This document shows positions 41,492-47,658 of a stretch of 47,658 bases of DNA, piece by piece; the stretch's first letter is position 1; each line of letters opens with the position of its first letter. This DNA is from an uncultured delta proteobacterium (lineage in GTDB: Bacteria > Desulfobacterota > Binatia > Bin18), in NCBI GenBank assembly GCA_963733195.1, contig CAVTCR010000023.1, positions 1-47,658 of the forward strand, read 5' to 3'. The position numbers and the translations under genes were made by a program. The notes below the pieces were generated by a model. That model searched no databases. It saw only the letters and a list, made by a program, of their open reading frames with translations, and had not been told where the DNA came from.

Positions 41492-42412
41492 ATGGCGAGT
41501 GGACGTACACCGTATGGCATGGCGATTCCCCAGAGCGATGGGAACGCTCCAGTGCAAGTCCCATTTCTCCAACAATTCCTTAGGAAAACAGAAACTCTTG
41601 GTTACGATAGTGTGTGGGTGCAAGAACAGATCATCAGCGATGCACCGATACTTGAGCCCGTCACCTTGATGACATATGCGGCCGCCTTGACGTCGAAAGT
41701 GCGCATCGGAAGTTCAGTGCTCTTGACTGTAATCCGTAATCCCGTGCAACTGGCCAAGAGTCTCTCAACGCTCGATCATCTGAGTCAAGGCAGAATCACT
41801 GTTGGTGTAGGTATCGGTGGCCCTCATGTACCAGAGACGGTGTTCGGAGTATCAGGGGTAAACGTTCGCGCCGTTTCGTTGAAGGACTGCAAGTGATGAA
41901 AGGCACTCTGGACCCAACCTCAGCGACATCCAAGGGGAACACTGGCAGTTCGAGAACATCGCCATGGAACCCAAGCCGTTGCAAAAACCCCATATTCCGC
42001 TATGGTTCGGCGCACGTACCGCGATTGGATTGAAACGCGCAGTGCGTCACGCTGACGGCTGGATGGGCGCGGGTAGTTCGTCCTCGGCAGACTTCGTTCA
42101 GCATGTGGGTCTCCTACGACAGTATATGGACGAACTAAAACGTGATCCCACAACCTTCCCGCTTTCAAAGCGAGTCTACATTGCCATCGATAATGACAAA
42201 GCCCGTGCGGAACGACGTCTACGGAATGGTTCGCCATGCGCTACAAAAGCGCAGAGATGGCGGTCCAGGTATCGATCTGGGGGAGCCGAGCCGAGTGCAT
42301 AGACAAACTAGGCGTGCTAGTCAAAGCAGGCGCGCAGCACATCTCTTCAATCCGGTGTTTGATGAAATGGACCATTTGAGAGTTGGGGCAGGAGGTGATG
42401 CCCTCGCGTTAG
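41492..42412 (+). CDS. LLM-class flavin/F420-dependent oxidoreductase (frameshifted)
   Basis: LGYDSVWVQE, LAKSLSTLDHLSQGRITVGVG, PKPLQKPHIPLWFG and RHADGW. Confidence 0.85.
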
Positions 42413-42442
42413 CATCGCGTGACATGTGTAAAGCTCTTGTCG

Positions 42443-42732
<290 letters not shown>

Positions 42733-43027
42733 ATGGGTATGTATAACCCCCCCTCACCCGGGTGAGTTCATTCGTGAAGTATATCTGGAACCTTTTCAAC
42801 TCAGTGCTCGACAGGTCGCGGCTAAGCTGAGGGTGTCGCCGTCCACATTCAACCGTATCTTGAACGGAGAAAGTGGGGTGACGCCGGAAATGGCACTACG
42901 CCTTGCAAAGGTCTTAGGGCGTTCTCCTGAAAGCTGGCTAGCGCTACAACAGAGTTACGATCTCTGGCGGGCACGGCAACGGGTAAATCTCAGAGAAGTT
43001 GAGAAACTCGAACTGCCTGCAGCGTGA
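42733..43027 (+). CDS. higA: HigA antitoxin (Xre HTH); one extra C in the homopolymer near 42750
   Basis: MGMYNPPHPGEFIRE...VTPEMALRLAKVLGRSPESWLALQQSYDLW. Confidence 0.92.
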
Positions 43028-43152
43028 TTGTATAGCTGCTATCGCTGGGGGACAGACGTCCCCTGGGAGTTTAGTTTACCAGGCTTGGTCCCGTAAGGTC
43101 GGTCTTTGAGCGGCGGGTGAAGGACACATGACGTCTTACGCAACACGGCACC

Positions 43153-44252
43153 ATGAAACTCAGCTTCTTTACCATGCCCCTACATCCACCAGGACGGAAT
43201 TATGTCGAAACGCTGCGCGAGGACCGTGAGGCAATCTTGCTTGCCGACGAGCTAGGCTTTGCCGAGGCGTTCATTGGTGAACATGTCACCGACATAGCAG
43301 AGACTGTCACGTCGTCGCTCATGTTCTGCGCGAGCCTCGCCTATGCCACGCGAAATATCAAACTTGGAAGCGGAACGGTCAACTTGCCGAACAATCATCC
43401 TGCCCACATCGCTGCACAGGTTGCCATGGTCGATACGATGCTCGAAGGGCGTTTTCTGTTCGGGATCAGCCCTGGCGGGCTGCGGTCAGACGCCGAGATG
43501 TTTGGCAATCTCGGTTCAGAACGGACAGCGATGTTCGTTGAAGCGATCGACAGATCCTGGCGATTTGGGCTGGCGATGCGCCGTATAATATCAAAGGAAA
43601 ATATTGGCAGATTTCCACCGAACGAACACTGGATCGTACCATTGGTCAAGGTGTAATGCTTAAACCCTACCAGCGGCCACATCCACCGATTGTAGTAGCA
43701 GCAATGTCACCGAACTCTGCGAGCGTACGGTGGTGGGCGAGCGCGGTTGGAGCATCATCTCTGCGAACTTCTTACAGCCGCAGCTGGTTATTGCTACGCA
43801 TCGGCAACAGTTCCGTGAGGGTCGTCAGACCAGCCAACTCGTGGCGAGTTCGCGTGATTGGCGTGTAGCAAAAAGTGTGTTTGTTGCTGATGATGAATCC
43901 ACAGCACTGCGCTACGCAAAGAGCGCCAGCGGTCCGTATGGTTTCTACTATCAAACTTGATGCGCAAACTGATTGGCAACGGTCGGCCTGACCTGTTTAA
44001 GACCTCACCGGACATGCGTGATGAAGACATTACCCATGAGTTCGTCCGCGATTCCCTGGTGATCGCTGGCACTGTAGAAAGTGTTATAGAGCAGATACTG
44101 AAGCTGCGTGAAAAAGTCGGAACGTTTGGAACGTTAGTCTATGCTGGTCACGACTGGGTCGACCCTGGCTTGCACGCCACTCGATGGAATTGATGGCGAC
44201 AAAAGTTATGCCTCAGGTCAACAAGATTCTTGGAGAACAGGCTGATGCGTAG
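43153..44252 (+). CDS. LLM-class flavin-dependent monooxygenase/oxidoreductase (frameshifted)
   Basis: MKLSFFTMPLHP, ADELGFAEAFIGEH, KPYQRPHPPI and VIAGTVESV. Confidence 0.85.
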
Positions 44253-45047
44253 TTGTTGCTATACTGGTGTAGACGGGGCACGCGACAAAGGGGATTCCTG
44301 TATACGTGAACCGAATTGCTCCACCTTCATGCCGGACATTTAGACCCGTGCGGTCGACCTCCACTGACGCTTCCATTAACGCGACGATCTGTTGCACGGC
44401 ATCTTGGGTTGGGCCTGCGTGGTCCATCCATTCATACAACTCGTAATCCAGCGTAAGTCGCGGGCGGAGCAAGACTTCGAGCCCTACCTCATTGAATAAG
44501 CGATCAAATTCGGACTCGCTCAACGCACTGGCATGACTGGGATCACACAGACGTTCAATGCGGTTTTGGTAGTTCGCCTTCTCGCGATCTTCTGAAGCGA
44601 TCATGTCGGCTATGAGAATCCGCCCTGTTGGCTTGAGTACCCGTTTCATCTCGGCAAGCACTCGTTCAGGGCGCACGAAGTGGTGGAACGCAGCCCGTGA
44701 GGTAACCACATCAAAGCAGCGGTCTGGAAACGGTAAGCACTCAGCATCACCTTCAGTGAATTTAATATTCCGTAGACCTGTTGTGCGGCTTCTCCACGCG
44801 CCCGCCCAAGAAGTTCACGAGTTGCATCAACGCCGATCGCGCATTTACAGCGGCGGGCTAACGTCATAGTGAAAAACCCCGGACCGCAGGCTACATCAAG
44901 CACGCGGTGCTCAGGGTGTATTTCAACCAGAGACCCTAATTGGTCGAGACCTTTCTGGTCGGTCACAGTTTTCATACGCAGGTAGGCATCAGCCTGCCGC
45001 GTGAACTGATCACGAACAGTCATCAAGTGAGAATGTTGTTCCCCCAT
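44218..45047 (-). CDS. Class I SAM-dependent methyltransferase (UbiE-like), frameshifted
   Basis: VLDVACGPG, VTSRAAFHHF, EMKRVLKPTG and CDPSH. Confidence 0.88.
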
Positions 45048-45121
45048 GTGACCTCTATCGGCGAGTCGTTTATCTACTATAACAAAATCACTCATCAAGT
45101 GAGAGTGCGCAGGCTCGATTG

Positions 45122-45661
45122 TCAAGACGAACTGAGGCTCGCCTTCTGCAACATCTCCAACATAGCACGATAGCTGGGGGCGCCAAGGAAAAGTACGGCA
45201 TGACGAGCTTTTTCAGTTAATGGTCTCTCCGATTCTGGAGATGGGGAGGCAGGCAGCACTACTCCGTTCACGCTCGTCGGGCCTCCAGCCAATGCTTGAA
45301 GTTCTAACGAGAGGCGCTCCAAGTTCTTTGTGCGTTGACGAACTGAAAACCACGAAACCGTTACTAGTGCGGCGAATGCCATAGCAAGAAGACATACAAA
45401 CAAAGGCAACGGCAGCCAGTTTCCACTCATCGTCTCACGCATAACCGCACGCGCACAGAGCCAAAATAGATAACCCCATAGGCACGCACAAATGAACAAG
45501 ATGGAATACAGCCCAACTTGCAATCGCTGTTGTACGGGAGCAGTCGCGGGCGGGGATATGAAGCGCCGTCGAAGGATGAGTACCGTCATTATCTGAGCGC
45601 AGCTGAATGCGATCAGGCCCATGATCGGCAAAGCGATCGCGAGCGTATCGTACACTTCCAT
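45122..45661 (-). CDS. Hypothetical membrane protein (about 3 TM helices)
   Basis: 179-aa ORF with three hydrophobic segments, co-oriented with its neighbours. Confidence 0.6.
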   Translation of the reverse strand: MEVYDTLAIALPIMGLIAFSCAQIMTVLILRRRFISPPATAPVQQRLQVGLYSILFICACLWGYLFWLCARAVMRETMSGNWLPLPLFVCLLAMAFAALVTVSWFSVRQRTKNLERLSLELQALAGGPTSVNGVVLPASPSPESERPLTEKARHAVLFLGAPSYRAMLEMLQKASLSSS

Positions 45662-45699
45662 GCAGCGCTCTCGTCGGAGAACCTCTGATAGATACTACG

Positions 45700-46601
45700 T
45701 TACCGCTCCTTAATAAGCGAGACGATATTGGAGTTTTTAACCTCGTTCAACTTTTGCTGGATTGTTGTGCGTATTGGTCCTTACGAACTTTGGCGTCTTC
45801 AAGCAGTGTAGCAAACGTGCGCTTCAGCTCGGCGGTATCAATCTTCCGCCCAGCCGCGTAGTATTGTTTCGCCACCTGGCCGAGCGCAACGTAGTCGCAA
45901 ACGACATTCCCGCAGCCCGCGCAGCCGTTCGCCCGAGGCCACCAAATAAGCCACCAAGAATCTTTGATGCCGCGCCTTCAAGAAATTGGGAGGTAATCCC
46001 AACACCTAGTGTGGCGAGAAAATCTTTGGCGTAATTTTGATCAAGCTGAAAGCCATACTGCTGACCTATCCGATACACCAGCTTCATCTGTAACGGAATA
46101 ATCGCCATCGTAGACAGCGCCGATGGTAAAAGTTCCAATGCGCTAGTGAGAATCGCCGTATCAGATATGATCTTGTCGAGGTCATCCTGGCTTAGCAGTC
46201 TGCGAACTTGCAGAGGATGGAGAGAGAACTACTGGTACTGTCGTCACAACTTCCGCTTGGCTTCGGACTGCGGTGGCTTGTGCACTACACTGAAGCTGTG
46301 CTTGCAACGCCTCTAAGAAGGCTTTCTCAGCTTCGCTTATGGGACCATCAGCAGAGCATGCTCCTACAGCGAACTCATACGCAAGTTTCCTGGCCTCTGG
46401 ATCTATCAGTTCACGTACGACTTCCACCAGGCCTTGCTTACGTTGCAGCACGTCTTGATACAACCTGTCTAGCTGAATGTTCGGACTCGGTGTGCGATCG
46501 GCAATACCGCGGATTGCACTATGTTCGAGGTCGCTCGTACCGTCGGTTGCCGCCGCCATGAAACATAGAGTTAGAATTGCAGACTGTTCTTGTTCAGTCA
46601 T
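45700..46601 (-). CDS. TerB-like plus DUF697-like domain protein (frameshifted)
   Basis: N-terminal part LCFMAAATDG...LAYEFAVGACSADG.ISEAEKAFL is TerB-like. C-terminal part LELLP..LSTMAIIPLQMKLVYRIG...FLATLGVG is DUF697-like. Confidence 0.7.
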
Positions 46602-46646
46602 TGTCGCCTCCGAGAAAGTGAAATTAGACGATGTTGTTCAGCGCGG

Positions 46647-47210
46647 TTATTTCTGCGCAATTCCCATCGTGCGAACTTTCGCTGGCGTTAGGCGTAATAC
46701 CGTGCGTTTATCCATGGTTGTCATCTTGCGCCATGCTTCCAGCGCGTCACCAGCAAGATAGTGTTCCGCTAATCCTCGATAAAAGGTTGCTGGGTTACGG
46801 TTATCCACTGACAATTTCCCATGCACAACGACCCATTTGTACATATTGGTCGGATCTACTACTGAGAAGACTGCCCGCGCATCCTTCTGCTGATTGCGAA
46901 ATTTAACGCGATCGGTCGTCGTCGTAAAAAGCAGGGACCCGTCTTCGTAGCGGAACCACATCACTGTCAGTTGTGGAGTTCCACGGGGTCACTGTTACCA
47001 GCTGTGACGCCAAAGGGCGCCGGAGAAATTCCACGTCAGCCGCCGTAAAAGTCTTCCCCTCACGCGTATCACGCGACGCACGCACGGTCGTTTTCTCGCT
47101 TACCGCAGTCACCATACCTTGTTCGCCTTTCCTTCTGCAGCGGCCAGTTGCGACGGAAGACTAAGAAAAATTCCCAGCACAAGTGCCCCAATGACTCTCG
47201 AATATTTCAT
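46647..47210 (-). CDS. PPOX-class (split-barrel, F420/FMN-binding) protein, apparently with an N-terminal signal peptide; frameshifts near 47130 and 46980
   Basis: Core TPQLTVMWF...FTTTTDRVKFRN..KDAR..FSVVDP.N.YKWV. Upstream fragments are EFLRRPLASQLVTV and MKYSRVIGALVLGIFLSLPSQLAAA, with RBS GAGGAG. Confidence 0.7.
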
Positions 47211-47482
47211 AGTTTGTCTCCTCACTTCAACGAGCACGTACACTACCACACCTTCGCTTACTGAGAAATACAGAACGGTCGTATTCCGAGAAACCACAAC
47301 CATAAAGACGAGCAGGCAAACGGTATTAACAGTCGATCATCATGGTGCCCTAGCCAGAGCAGCAGGTTGCGGAATACTATCCATAGCCTCATAGTCTACA
47401 TCCTGGGCAAAAGAAGATACGGCCTGAAGCCCGGCGAATTCTGTAAACTCCATGTCATCTAATCACTCAAAGATACAAACAC

Positions 47483-47658
47483 ATGGTCAGCAGTACAGCA
47501 AACGACCCGCGTTCCATCATAGGTTCACGAGTTAGAGATCTCAAGAGAATCGATCTCAACGAAGAGTTCCGTCTCGCGTTCGATCTGATTGAGCAACAGG
47601 GGCAAAGCGTCTTTATCACCGGCAAGGCTGGGACCGGGAAATCAACGTTCCTGCACTA
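47483..47658 (+). CDS. PIF1/RecD-like helicase (AAA), 5' part only
   Basis: IDLNEEFRLAFDLIEQQGQSVFITGKAGTGKSTFL (Walker A); runs off the window. Confidence 0.85.
   Translation, partial: MVSSTANDPRSIIGSRVRDLKRIDLNEEFRLAFDLIEQQGQSVFITGKAGTGKSTFLH

Overview
Bacterial genomic window of moderate GC. Many genes are broken by single-base indels, most likely long-read consensus errors. The gene content (F420/LLM oxidoreductases, sigma54 regulation, IS1 type) would fit a deltaproteobacteria-like or Binatia-like lineage, but that is inference only. There are four blocks. (1) 1-12.7 kb, minus strand: a Wzy-type exopolysaccharide cluster with a Wzz/GumC co-polymerase, CpsD kinase, priming transferase, WecG/TagA, O-antigen ligase/Wzy, a sulfotransferase, two GT4 enzymes and two uncharacterised proteins. 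(2) 13.4-16.6 kb: solA, then an 844-bp IS1 that truncates both neighbouring genes and whose transposase is decayed almost entirely by A:T->C:G transversions, then an IS6 relic. (3) 17.0-31.4 kb: a hypoxia/dormancy-type island with a FixL-like heme-PAS kinase, an NtrC-type sigma54 activator, CBS proteins, three USP genes, two ferritin-like proteins, a CtpF-like P-type ATPase, a formate/nitrite channel and an Rv2004c-like kinase. It carries eight clear sigma54 -24/-12 motifs and six tandem pairs of the palindrome TTC(G/T)CA-N4-TG(C/A)GAA. (4) 31.9-47.7 kb: assorted metabolic genes (SnoaL-like, D-amino-acid aldolase, amidase, Tex, single-chain acyl-CoA carboxylase, LLM enzymes, methyltransferase, PPOX-class protein), a higBA toxin-antitoxin pair partly hidden by a 133-nt poly-G artefact, and the start of a PIF1-like helicase. 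All calls come from reading motifs by eye; no database search was run.
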